A DNA stretch of 64,000 nt from NCBI GenBank assembly GCA_910578245.1, contig CAJTPC010000001.1, forward strand, positions 91,603 to 155,602, given 5' to 3'. The translations under genes were made by a program, and so were the position numbers. Shown here piece by piece: positions 48,259-57,473 of the stretch. The stretch comes from an uncultured Christensenella sp. Lineage in GTDB: Bacteria > Bacillota > Clostridia > Christensenellales > UBA3700. How positions within the stretch are numbered: position 1 is the stretch's first letter; each line of letters starts with the position of its first letter. The notes beneath the pieces were generated by a model, which did no database searches, was not told the DNA's origin, and saw only the letters and a program-made list of their open reading frames with translations.

Positions 48259-48626
48259 TACTCTCCGATACGCTTAATCAGCCTTTAGCATTGGCTATAT
48301 ACACGTCTTTTGGCATAATATTTGGCTTGATATACTCGGTCAATGCTTTTGCTTGCGCATTTTTTGTTAAAAAAGCAATATATAGGCATATATCGCAATG
48401 CTTATACGTTTTACTTTACGGCGCAGTCTTCTTTGTAATTACGTTCACGCAGTTCAATTACGATTTGAAGATTTATCACTTTATAATTTCAGCATTCTTT
48501 ACTGCCTTGACGTCGTTAGCATTATATTTGCTTACAAGAAAGCATCAACGGTCAATAAATGCTAAGTGCGACGCTATTAAAATCAAAATAGCTCAGAGCA
48601 AGATAGTTAAAAAATTTAAGAAGTAA
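48255..48626 (+). CDS. yabQ: Spore cortex protein YabQ-like membrane protein
   Basis: ATGA overlap with yabP. 123 aa with 4 TM segments. Called by position and topology. Confidence 0.55.
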   Translation: MILSDTLNQPLALAIYTSFGIIFGLIYSVNAFACAFFVKKAIYRHISQCLYVLLYGAVFFVITFTQFNYDLKIYHFIISAFFTALTSLALYLLTRKHQRSINAKCDAIKIKIAQSKIVKKFKK

Positions 48627-48648
48627 TAAATCTTCTAAATGCGCTTTA

Positions 48649-48795
48649 CTAATTAAAATGACGCATCTTACCACCGCAATCACAGGTCTTGCCGTATCTT
48701 ATGATACACTCGCCACAAGTGTAATTGTGACAAACGTCGCAGAAAAAAGCATTTTCATAGTCGACTTGACCTCTGCAAATACTGCATCTAGGCAT
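48649..48795 (-). CDS. Small Cys-rich zinc-ribbon protein (48 aa), below the ORF-track size cut-off
   Basis: AGGAGG lies 5 nt upstream of the ATG. Translation: MPRCSICRGQVDYENAFFCDVCHNYTCGECIIRYGKTCDCGGKMRHFN, with 8 Cys arranged as CxxC, CxxC, CxxC, CxC. Confidence 0.55.
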   Translation of the reverse strand: MPRCSICRGQVDYENAFFCDVCHNYTCGECIIRYGKTCDCGGKMRHFN

Positions 48796-48965
48796 AACAA
48801 CCTCCTAAATCTTAATATTATTAGTATTGCCCAAAGATCACTGTATATTCATGTTAATAATACTGAACGCGTTCAAAATAATTGGCTGATTTTAGCCAAT
48901 TATTTTACTAAAAATAGCAAATTTAGCACAAAATTGCGCTAAATAGTACAGTTTGAATTAATAGT

Positions 48966-48994
48966 AAATGTTTCACAAATATCGTGAAACATTT
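48966..48994. promoter_or_regulatory. Split parS-like palindrome (half-sites separated by 7 nt)
   Basis: AAATGTTTCAC-aaatatc-GTGAAACATTT, with perfect 11-nt arms. Confidence 0.35.
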
Positions 48995-49522
48995 ACCGAA
49001 AAACCAGTGAGAACGAAGATTTTAGATAAATTTGTTCTTGTTTTTACTTAATTATTAGGTATATATTAGAATATATTTGAGTAAAATATGCATATTTAAG
49101 AACATATAATGCTAAAAATTGTTTCACAGGGAACATAACGGAGAAAAATGGACAAACTGCCGAATTCAACTGTGAAACGGCTCAATTTTCCTAATTTTTT
49201 CACAAATTTACACATTTTTGTATTTTAGTAAGACAACACGAATATATATGCCTATGTTACAACTTATGCAATATACAATTTGCAACAAATGCCAAGCAAT
49301 ATTTTATACACAAATCAACTAACACAATACAATTATCTCGTTATATTCACATGACCAGCCGTTTAACCGATATTTATGAAAGCGTTATTTTTAATTTTCT
49401 GTAATAGCAATTATCAACCGGCGTATTGCAAAAGTACTATTTCTTCTCAATGCATTCACAGACTACTTAGAATAGAATCTAAACGGTTTTATTTATGCTT
49501 ATAACTGACGTATAATTTATAA

Positions 49523-49538
49523 TGTTGCACGTGAAACA
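49523..49538. promoter_or_regulatory. parS: parS site (ParB/Spo0J binding site)
   Basis: TGTTGCACGTGAAACA is an exact match to the Bacillus-type consensus TGTTNCACGTGAAACA. Confidence 0.8.
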
Positions 49539-50204
49539 TTATATTTTTAGTTCTTTATTCCCATTGGCAATTTTATTGATTCGCACCAAACATCCCTATC
49601 CGATCCCAATTAATACATTAAAATTAATTTAACATTATATCAGCTTCGATACTTATTTGCTACAACCCAAGATACGGTAGCAATACAAACATTAAAGCCA
49701 CCTTAAGCCATCTAGACCGTCAGGGAAGTCATAACATGGGAAGCTATAACATAATAGCAAACCGCCGCGCAACGATAATATGTTGTGCGACAGACACAAC
49801 GCAACCGCATTTATCGGTAATTTTATAATTAAACAACAAGACAATATAATACGTTTTCATAACGCGAACATATTATCAAGTTATTTGAAAGTAAGGATAT
49901 CTTAAATGCCTAAACATATTATGAAAGACCAGAAAGTATGCAAACGCCTGAGAATCAACTGTTTTGATGCGTTTATTGTATTTATCTAAAGCAGAGCATT
50001 GCGCGCAAGAGCAACGCAAAATAGCGAGCAAAGCCTAGCTTAGCATTATTATTAGCGACAATATGGCTCGCGAACTCCACAACCACCCATTATTACGTTA
50101 ATTTGCAATTTAATCAACCTATCGCACCGGTTTATAATAATGACACCCTATGCGTGGTAACAAATTGATAAATCAACTATATTGAACTTCACCCGTATAT
50201 CATA

Positions 50205-50220
50205 CGTTTCACGTGAAAAT
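50205..50220. promoter_or_regulatory. Degenerate parS-like site
   Basis: CGTTTCACGTGAAAAT has a perfect 12-bp core TTTCACGTGAAA and three mismatches in the outer positions. Confidence 0.4.
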
Positions 50221-51197
50221 GATTTCTAAAACATCCGTTGCAACATCTTATTGCTATTAATCTTAAGTTTGCCACATCTACTGCATTGAAGACAAGCTAA
50301 TCATTCGGTTAGACAAATTTATTCTTAAATCGCAACCAAATGCAATACCTACCGCATTGTTACATTTCCCATTTCCGATTGAGCTACTTATCAACACATA
50401 TATTAAAATTTATTAGAGTATGTCGGCAAACATCTATAGGCAAAGCTAAATTAGACGTGGCATCATGAATTGCAATTTATACTTAAGAACTTGTAAACAT
50501 AATTTATGCCGGAAGCGCTTAACCCGAACAATTATTATGACATTTTCACGCGCAACCTTTGCTCAAAGCCAATAATACGTCTGCAGGCAGTCATTTACTT
50601 GATAAGAATAAAATCAGCGGTGTATACCATTAAAGCCGATTCGATTGGATATTCATCCCCGGACAATCGCTATACTATTTATTGTAGCGTATTGGAACCT
50701 TGATTACTAATATTATAATTAGCCATTCGACAATTTATAGAATCTTTTTAGATTATTTATCCATGAAGCATTAAATTCATTGACTGATATCTCGCTACTG
50801 TGTAATTATACCAAACGTAGGAGTCACATAATCCAATATGACAAAGCATTTAGACTTTATTAACATTGTCGGAATGGCGCGCGCATTTTTTATTATTTTC
50901 TCGACTTATTATTGAAGTTGCCAATATAAATTAGAACGCGAAATCATAAATTAACTTCGAATCACAAAAGAAATAACTTGACTCTACAATTATTACGTTG
51001 TATTCATTTCATTTTATTAATTGCGTTGCGAGGTTATCTTGTATATTCAAAGCTATATTTCTATTTCAAATCGCTTTGACTTCTGTAAAAATCAAATTAA
51101 ATTACGCCATCTATAAATTATTCACTCCTTATTAATTACTTCAAATTACGAGATAGAGTAACTACGCAATTATAAAAACCAATGGACATAAACGCAA

Positions 51198-51213
51198 TGT
51201 TACACGTGAAACA
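51198..51213. promoter_or_regulatory. parS: parS site (ParB/Spo0J binding site)
   Basis: TGTTACACGTGAAACA is an exact match to TGTTNCACGTGAAACA. Confidence 0.8.
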
Positions 51214-51922
51214 TGGTATTTTTTTGAGTTTTGCTATTTTAGCACTTTTGACACATAATACTGCATAAAGAAGTCGGCATTACGATCTGATTGGTTAGTG
51301 TATTGCAAAAAACCATCTAGTAGCAACATTTTTAAGTCTAGTTATGCTCATTAGTGATAATTATCTCTAACAAAAAAAATTATTTATTGCCTTATATTCA
51401 AAAGAATAGTAACTCATACTATTAATCGAATAGTAAACACCTTGCTTTTATTGGGCAAATCTGTCAAGCGTTGCCATTGGGCATAACAAAAAATATAAGT
51501 AGGCGAACCAACACGCTCTCATTAGACCGTATTATTTCTTTTTATGCAATTCTCTAATAATCACGCCATTTTACAGCCAGAGTATTGACATTATATTTTT
51601 AGGGTACCATTATTTCAATGACTGCATGTATAACGCTTTTGCAATCTAAAATGATATGATTTTTTAGTTGCGAATAGTTCCTTGTGTAATTTTGCATATT
51701 CTGTAGTACAATATAGCAGAATTTTGGCTATACTTTGTCTGTACTTCTATATTTCGGCTGTTTTTTGATTATTATTTATAATAATCAAAGTGGATTTTCT
51801 AGTGATTTTCTCATTGAATAATGATATAAAATACCTATTTTTACAACAAGACATGAGTATCCTACTTTAACTATGCGCTATATGAATGCGGGCAGGTACA
51901 AAATAAAGTAGTGGCAATTTAC

Positions 51923-51951
51923 TTGACAGTTACTTGCTATTTATTTATAAT
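51923..51951 (+). promoter_or_regulatory. Consensus sigma-A promoter of the rpmH operon
   Basis: TTGACA (51923-51928), 17-nt spacer, TATAAT (51946-51951). Confidence 0.75.
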
Positions 51952-51995
51952 AATAAAGCGTAATTATTTTTTTATATAAAAAGGAGACAATAGAT

Positions 51996-52130
51996 ATGAA
52001 ACAGACGTATCAACCCAAGAAAAGACAAAGATCAAAGGTTCACGGCTTCCGTGAAAGAATGCGTTCAAAGAGCGGTAGAAACGTAATTAAGAGACGTCGC
52101 AATAAGGGCAGAAAGCAACTCACCGCTTAA
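51996..52130 (+). CDS. rpmH: 50S ribosomal protein L34
   Basis: Not in the ORF track (44 aa). AAGGAGA RBS. Translation: [44 protein letters not shown]. Confidence 0.95.
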   Translation: MKQTYQPKKRQRSKVHGFRERMRSKSGRNVIKRRRNKGRKQLTA

Positions 52131-52136
52131 TAGAGT

Positions 52137-52544
52137 ATGCAAAAAAAGTACAGGCTGAAAAACGGCAGAGTATTTAGATATCTGCGCTTAAAAGGGCAAA
52201 GCAACGCCAACAAAATGCTTGTACTTGTCCACGCCCCTTCCAAGTTCCCTTTGAAGGTGGGTTTTATCGTAAGCAAAAAAGTTGATAACAGAGCAGTTGT
52301 TCGCAACAAGGTCAGACGACGTCTAAGAGAAGCGTTTAGGGCAATGATTCCGTATCTTAAGGACAACGTAAATTATATTGTCATCGCAAGAGAAGTATGC
52401 GGCGAAGCGAATTTTGAGGAACTGACAAACAATCTTGCGCATTTGATAATCAAAAGCGACTTATTTGCAAGAAAAATCGACGATGACGTAGTTGAAAGAT
52501 TAAAACTCAAACAGAGCGTATTGGAAAAAGCAAAGTTTGATTGA
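52137..52544 (+). CDS. rnpA: Ribonuclease P protein component
   Basis: Immediately follows rpmH. GFIVSKKVDNRAVVRNKVRRRLREAFR is the RNR motif region. Confidence 0.9.
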   Translation: MQKKYRLKNGRVFRYLRLKGQSNANKMLVLVHAPSKFPLKVGFIVSKKVDNRAVVRNKVRRRLREAFRAMIPYLKDNVNYIVIAREVCGEANFEELTNNLAHLIIKSDLFARKIDDDVVERLKLKQSVLEKAKFD

Positions 52545-52560
52545 GGCGTACGGACGATAA

Positions 52561-52800
52561 ATGAAAAGCGGAAATTTTTTTATTCAATATTATAAGCAAT
52601 TTATCAATCCCGCAGTGGGTGGCAGGTGCAAACATATTCCGTCGTGTTCGGCATATATGGGACAAGCCATAGCCAAAAAAGGATATATCAAAGGCTCTGC
52701 AATGGGCGTAGCTAGGATATTGAGATGCAATCCCTTTTCAAAAGGCGGATATGATCCCGTAAAGGATAATCTTAAAGGAAACGCAAAATGGCTATTATGA
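52561..52800 (+). CDS. yidD: Membrane protein insertion efficiency factor YidD
   Basis: CKHIPSCSAY and the ILRCNPFSKGGYDPV motif. Confidence 0.9.
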   Translation: MKSGNFFIQYYKQFINPAVGGRCKHIPSCSAYMGQAIAKKGYIKGSAMGVARILRCNPFSKGGYDPVKDNLKGNAKWLL

Positions 52801-53972
52801 ATTTTAGTTTGCTTGCTGCGGTTAGTTCTATTTGGAAACCCATCATCAGCTTGCTACATTGGATGAACAGCGGTATCGGCAACTTCGGTTGGACGGTAGT
52901 GGTGTTTTCTATTATGTTGCGCTTATTGCTTTTGCCGTTAGACGTATGGCAGAAGATGATTATGCGCAAACAAAAAGCTAAAATGGACGCAATACGTCCT
53001 CAGCTTGAAAAAATCCAAAAACAATACGCCAATAGACCCGACCTTCTAAGGCAAAAGCAATACGAACTTCAGAAGGGCTCTATGAATATATTTACTTCTT
53101 GCTTGCCAATGATTTTCACGCTTGTGATATTCTACGTGGTATTCCAAGGATTTAGGCAGTATATCGTGCAATACAATCAAGACAAAGTAACCGAACTGTA
53201 CAATATATATCTGCAATTCTTCAAAGACAGTGACAACGTGGAGCAGATTTTGAAAGTCTACAATGAACAACTCGTTGCGGCGGGAAAAACCGCAGTCGAT
53301 ACGTATTTGAGTGGCGATGGATTCATCGAAGGCTTTTTCCCGTCATACGATTATATACGTCAAGCGGGACTTATCGACCAACTTAACGCATCTTTGGTAG
53401 ACAAATATCCTCTTGAAAGTTGGCTTTGGGTCAAAAACGTGTTTATGTCGGATACTTGGGCAAACGTAATACCTAGCCTTGACAACTTCACGTCAACGAA
53501 GTTGGGCGGTATAGGCGCAACCGTTCCGGACATTGCCGGCGTATCGTACGATCAACTTATGAGTCCTATAATCGACAGTTATAACAAGAAAAGTTTTTGG
53601 AATATGAGTAAATGGAACGGTTATTTTATACTTCCGATACTCTCTATTGCGACTAGCTTTTTGTCAACAACGTTGCAACAAAAAATGCAACCTGTACAAG
53701 TTACGGGCGATCAAGCTCAGCAAAAGCAACAACGCATAATGAACAAAATTATGACGTATCTTATGCCACTCATACTCGGCTTCTTTGCGATAATGTACAG
53801 CGCGGCATTTGCAATATACTACTTCGTCAGCAACTTTATGACGATGGCAACTTCTCTCACGTTCAATCTTATTGTAAAGAATATGGACAAGAAAAAAGCA
53901 AATCAGCCTATTATTATTCAAAAAAACACCGACAACAATAACGCTAAAAAGTCTAATAAGACAAAAAGATAA
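52788..53972 (+). CDS. yidC: YidC/Oxa1-family membrane insertase (SpoIIIJ-like)
   Basis: GWTVVVFSIMLRLLLLPL and the MRKQKAKMDAIRPQLEKIQKQY motif. Multi-TM with a basic C-terminal tail. Confidence 0.85.
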   Translation: MAIMNFSLLAAVSSIWKPIISLLHWMNSGIGNFGWTVVVFSIMLRLLLLPLDVWQKMIMRKQKAKMDAIRPQLEKIQKQYANRPDLLRQKQYELQKGSMNIFTSCLPMIFTLVIFYVVFQGFRQYIVQYNQDKVTELYNIYLQFFKDSDNVEQILKVYNEQLVAAGKTAVDTYLSGDGFIEGFFPSYDYIRQAGLIDQLNASLVDKYPLESWLWVKNVFMSDTWANVIPSLDNFTSTKLGGIGATVPDIAGVSYDQLMSPIIDSYNKKSFWNMSKWNGYFILPILSIATSFLSTTLQQKMQPVQVTGDQAQQKQQRIMNKIMTYLMPLILGFFAIMYSAAFAIYYFVSNFMTMATSLTFNLIVKNMDKKKANQPIIIQKNTDNNNAKKSNKTKR

Positions 53973-54043
53973 AATAGGTAAAACTAGATATACGGTTATA
54001 GATTATTAGAAAAAGATACTTTGGTATCTTTGAGGAGAAATAT

Positions 54044-54835
54044 ATGAAAAGTGTAGAAATTACTGCAAACAGCTTTGAAGAGGCGCTCGAGCAAGCTCTT
54101 GAAGAACTTGGTCTTGACAAAAGCCAAGTCGAAGCAGAAAAAGTAAAAGAAACGGGACTAATTCGCAAAAAGATTACCGTAAAAGTGACGCAAAAAGTCA
54201 CCGGAGCTACAATGGTAAGCGATTTTGTCAACGGTATTATTCAAAGAATGAATATCAACTGCGCCGCTGAGGTTGAAGAGAAAGAGGACGCTTTTTATGT
54301 CAATCTTACCGGCGATGATACAGGCGTACTCATTGGATACAGAGGAGATGTCTTGGACGCGCTCCAATACCTTTCGCTTTTGGTGGTCAACAAGAACAAT
54401 CCTGACAACAAAAGACTTGTTATCGACGGCGAAAACTACAGAGAAAAGAGAATCGCAACTCTATCTAAACTTGCTAAAAAGATTGCTTTCAGAGTGGCTA
54501 AATCCCACAAGGCAGAATCACTTGAGCCTATGAATCCATTCGAGAGAAGAATTATTCACTCGGCTTTGCACGACGATAGATTCGTTACGACGGAAAGCCA
54601 TGGGGAAGAACCCAATAGATATATCGTTATCTCTCCCAAAAAGCCTGCTTTCGATAGAGAAAGAGGAGATAGAAGGGGCGACAGAGGAAACAGAGAAAGA
54701 AAAGAAAACCGTCAATCTCAACCAAAGACGGAAAGCCAAGCTGCCGAAAGACAACAGCAAGAAAATCGCAACTTTAATAAAACCGGCGTAACGAGAATGA
54801 AATCTTACGGCGGAGATATGAAGAAATTTTTCTAG
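54044..54835 (+). CDS. khpB: Jag/KhpB RNA-binding protein (Jag-N, KH, R3H)
   Basis: N-terminal Jag-N domain, a KH-like GVLIGYRGDVLDALQYL, and R3H EPMNPFERRIIHSAL. Confidence 0.85.
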   Translation: MKSVEITANSFEEALEQALEELGLDKSQVEAEKVKETGLIRKKITVKVTQKVTGATMVSDFVNGIIQRMNINCAAEVEEKEDAFYVNLTGDDTGVLIGYRGDVLDALQYLSLLVVNKNNPDNKRLVIDGENYREKRIATLSKLAKKIAFRVAKSHKAESLEPMNPFERRIIHSALHDDRFVTTESHGEEPNRYIVISPKKPAFDRERGDRRGDRGNRERKENRQSQPKTESQAAERQQQENRNFNKTGVTRMKSYGGDMKKFF

Positions 54836-55020
54836 AGAGTTCGACGAAAACGGAGGCTAGTCAAAACTAAAATGCATCTTTTTCGCCAATACAACACTCG
54901 GCTCGCTTCAACGTACATCCAGTACGACGGAGCGAGCCGAGCGCTATCTTGACAAAAAATCTACTATTTTATATTTTGCCTATCTCCATTCTCTTCGAAC
55001 GAAAGTGGAGCACTTATTCT
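54836..55020. repeat. ~180-nt imperfect long palindromic element downstream of jag
   Basis: The arm GTTCGACGAAAACGGAGGCTAGTCAAAACTAAAAT is matched by the reverse complement of a similar arm at about 54970-55010. The central hairpin is CGGCTCGCT...AGCGAGCCG. Confidence 0.5.
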
Positions 55021-55031
55021 TTCAATACTTT

Positions 55032-55235
55032 TTAATCAACCAATCCCAATAAATAATCGGCGCTAACGTCTAACACTTTACATATGGCAATTAGAGTATC
55101 TAAAGATGGCTCTCTTTTGCCCGTACAGTAATTATTGATTATAGTCTGCGACATAAATAATTTTTTAGCAAGCGCATTTTGTGATATGCCATTTTCTGCT
55201 AATACTTCTCTAAGACGGTATTTGAATTTATTCAT
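55032..55235 (-). CDS. XRE-family HTH protein (67 aa)
   Basis: LREVLAENGISQNALAKKLFMSQTIINNYCTGKREPSLDTLIAICKVL. Confidence 0.7.
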   Translation of the reverse strand: MNKFKYRLREVLAENGISQNALAKKLFMSQTIINNYCTGKREPSLDTLIAICKVLDVSADYLLGLVD

Positions 55236-55252
55236 AGTTTACGTTCAATTTA

Positions 55253-55513
55253 TTATTCTATCTCAAGTTTTTCACAATCAAAATATGGGCTATCTAAAAA
55301 CTCTAATATCGTCATATCAAAACCTTTCGCTATCATTATTACAGTCTTAAAATTAACGCTATTATTTCTATTCTTTAAGATAAATCCTAACTGACTATGT
55401 GAAACACCGCTATTTTGTTCCAACCTATATTGCGACATATTCTTCAACTTAAGCAATTCTTTAATTCGCAAAGATAAAGCCATATTAACAGTCATTATTA
55501 CTTCTTTTTCCAT
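55253..55513 (-). CDS. XRE-family HTH protein (about 80-86 aa)
   Basis: IKELLKLKNMSQYRLEQNSGVSHSQLGFILKNRNNSVNFKTVIMIAKGF. The start codon is uncertain. Confidence 0.7.
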   Translation of the reverse strand: MEKEVIMTVNMALSLRIKELLKLKNMSQYRLEQNSGVSHSQLGFILKNRNNSVNFKTVIMIAKGFDMTILEFLDSPYFDCEKLEIE

Positions 55514-55646
55514 AATTATATCTTATATCATTATGCTACACAAATTACGCCACATAAGTAGCCTAGTTTACTTGACAAAATATTATCTGCAATTGTACAC
55601 TTATATATGGCGATTAGCCTTATGTTGCTTAAAAGAGAGGTAAAAA

Positions 55647-55847
55647 ATGAAAAAAGAAATAAACGTTAAACTTATTTTAGATTATAAAAAGAAAAACAAA
55701 TTGACAATAAAAACATTTTGCGAGCAATGCAATATTTGTATGGACACTTATTATTGTATAATTAAAGGAAAGCGTTTTAATATAAAATCTTTATTTGGAA
55801 TAGCAAGAACAATGAATGTAACAATGACACAACTTTTTAATGCATAG
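55647..55847 (+). CDS. Small HTH-like protein (66 aa), divergent from the two XRE genes
   Basis: GAGAGG RBS. LTIKTFCEQCNICMDTYYCIIKGKRFNIKSLFGIARTMNV resembles an XRE HTH. Confidence 0.5.
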   Translation: MKKEINVKLILDYKKKNKLTIKTFCEQCNICMDTYYCIIKGKRFNIKSLFGIARTMNVTMTQLFNA

Positions 55848-55908
55848 AGGTTCCTTCACTTCGTTTCGGTCGAAATGACATATTTATCCGCTTGAAAAAC
55901 GTTGCTTT

Positions 55909-56036
55909 CGACTGTGGAGATTAGTTCTATTTTTGCGTATGCTAGGGCGAAATGAAGTCGTCAAGTGTACTCCTTATACACGTCGATTTCTTGAGTCCCG
56001 ACGTATGCGTAAAAAGAGGGCTGATATACACAGTCG
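55909..56036. repeat. 128-bp structured repeat, copy 1 (abuts the mnmE stop codon)
   Basis: Near-identical to 57474-57601. The termini are inverted (CGACTGTG...CACAGTCG), with an internal hairpin GAAGTCG...CGACTTC. Weaker similarity extends ~17 nt further upstream. Confidence 0.8.
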
Positions 56037-56037
56037 T

Positions 56038-57366
56038 TTATTTCCCTAAGCAGAATTTACTGAATATAGTATCAATGATATCCTCGCTTGCAGTATTACC
56101 TGTAATAACTCCAAGCGTAAAATATGCCTCTCTCAAGTCTATCAAGCTACATTCGGTGGGTAGAGCAGAGTAGCTTAATTTAGCGCTCTTAAGGCTTGAA
56201 ATAGCCTGTCGTATTGCTTGCGCGTGACGCTCGTTGGTGATAATATTGCCATTGGTATCCACGCTTGAATCTATAAAAGTATTTATTATTTGCTTTTTAA
56301 GTTGGTCAATACCTACGTTGTTTTTTGCGCTTATTTTTATACCTTTACGATTATCTTGCGCCGTATCGCACTTATTTATAACCAATAGTACTTTGTTGTT
56401 ACTGTCAAAACTCTTTATTAGATTATTTTCGTATTCGTTGAGTTGCCGTCCGGCTTCGGTGACAAACAAGACTATATCGCTGCCTTTTGCGACCTGAATA
56501 CTTCTCTCCACGCCCAATGCTTCCACTATATCGCCTGTTTCGCGTATGCCAGCGGTATCTACGAGTTTGAGCATAACTCCGTCTACTTCGACGTATTCCT
56601 CCAAGCTATCTCGGGTAGTGCCTGCAATATTTGTTACGATAGCCCTATCCTTGCCGATGAATGCGTTGAGTAGAGATGACTTTCCGACGTTGGCTTGACC
56701 TACGATTGCTACGCTGATACCTTGACGGATATATCCGCCTACCTTTGCGGTAGAATTGAGTTTTTCTAAGTGTGTTATTAAATCGTCTGTAGTCTTATTA
56801 GCGTTGGACTTTGCTTCCTCTTCCATTTCTTCGGGATAGTCCAGGCTAGCTTCAAGTTCGGATATACAATCGAGAAGCGTATTTTGTAAGGCAAGTATTT
56901 GCTTGGCAATATCTCCCGTGGAAAGTCTATAACTTGCGTTGAGAGACGCTACGCTCTCGCTGTTTATCATATCGATTATGCCTTCGGCGTCGCTCAAAGC
57001 TATCTTACCGTTGAGAAAAGCGCGCTTGGTAAATTCCCCTTTGTCGGCAATCTCGCAACCGTGTCTTAGACAAGCCTTGAGAACCTCGTCAATCAATCTC
57101 ATACCGCCGTGGCATTGAAATTCAACTATATCTTCGCCTGTGTAGGAATGAGGAGCTTTGAAGTATACCGCCAAAATATTGTCCTTAAATACTCCTACGT
57201 CAATACTGCCGTAATACATATAGTTGGGCTGAGCGTCCTTAAAACTTGCAAGTTTTTTGCAAGTAAAAATAGACGATGCAATCTCTAATGCTTTATCTCC
57301 GCTCATTCTAACAATGGCTATTGCTCCGCGTCCTACGGGAGTTGAAATAGTGGCTATGGTTTTCAT
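56038..57366 (-). CDS. mnmE: tRNA modification GTPase MnmE
   Basis: G1 GQANVGKSSLLN, G3 DTAGIRE, NKCD, and the C-terminal FCLGK. Confidence 0.9.
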   Translation of the reverse strand: MKTIATISTPVGRGAIAIVRMSGDKALEIASSIFTCKKLASFKDAQPNYMYYGSIDVGVFKDNILAVYFKAPHSYTGEDIVEFQCHGGMRLIDEVLKACLRHGCEIADKGEFTKRAFLNGKIALSDAEGIIDMINSESVASLNASYRLSTGDIAKQILALQNTLLDCISELEASLDYPEEMEEEAKSNANKTTDDLITHLEKLNSTAKVGGYIRQGISVAIVGQANVGKSSLLNAFIGKDRAIVTNIAGTTRDSLEEYVEVDGVMLKLVDTAGIRETGDIVEALGVERSIQVAKGSDIVLFVTEAGRQLNEYENNLIKSFDSNNKVLLVINKCDTAQDNRKGIKISAKNNVGIDQLKKQIINTFIDSSVDTNGNIITNERHAQAIRQAISSLKSAKLSYSALPTECSLIDLREAYFTLGVITGNTASEDIIDTIFSKFCLGK

Positions 57367-57473
57367 AATTAAATTATATCATAGTAATCATTGCGTTTGC
57401 AAATAATACGCGCTTATGATATAATTATGTTGTTTTAAGAGCAAAGGATTGAGATTTTTGAAAAAGCTGGTCA

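Larger units (their letters stand above)
48796..51995. other. 3.2-kb ORF-free AT-rich tract
   Basis: Only one ORF of 60 aa or more appears in six frames (50506..50703), and it has no RBS. My approximate hand tally of 49201-51600 gives G 328 and C 449 in 2,400 nt, about 32% GC. The tract contains the parS sites listed below. Confidence 0.8.

Noticed and set aside
50506-50703. The 65-aa ORF inside the ORF-free tract
   Set aside because: It has no Shine-Dalgarno sequence, a low-complexity unremarkable peptide, and a length within chance expectation for 3 kb. Treated as spurious.
48796-51995. The ORF-free tract as the DnaA-dependent oriC itself
   Set aside because: I found only isolated weak DnaA-box-like words, such as TTATCAACA at 50388-50396. 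There is no cluster comparable to the four one-mismatch boxes within 100 bp at 63802-63901. It remains an alternative in the origin-architecture finding but is not supported as a feature.
48796-51995. CRISPR array, tandem repeat array, or recoded (alternative genetic code) coding region
   Set aside because: There are no regularly spaced direct repeats. Stops of all three kinds are scattered through all six frames, so reassigning a single stop codon would not open a long frame. Flanking genes use the standard code.
55952-56173. The 73-aa plus-strand ORF
   Set aside because: It spans the 128-bp repeat and the antisense strand of the mnmE 3' end. Spurious.
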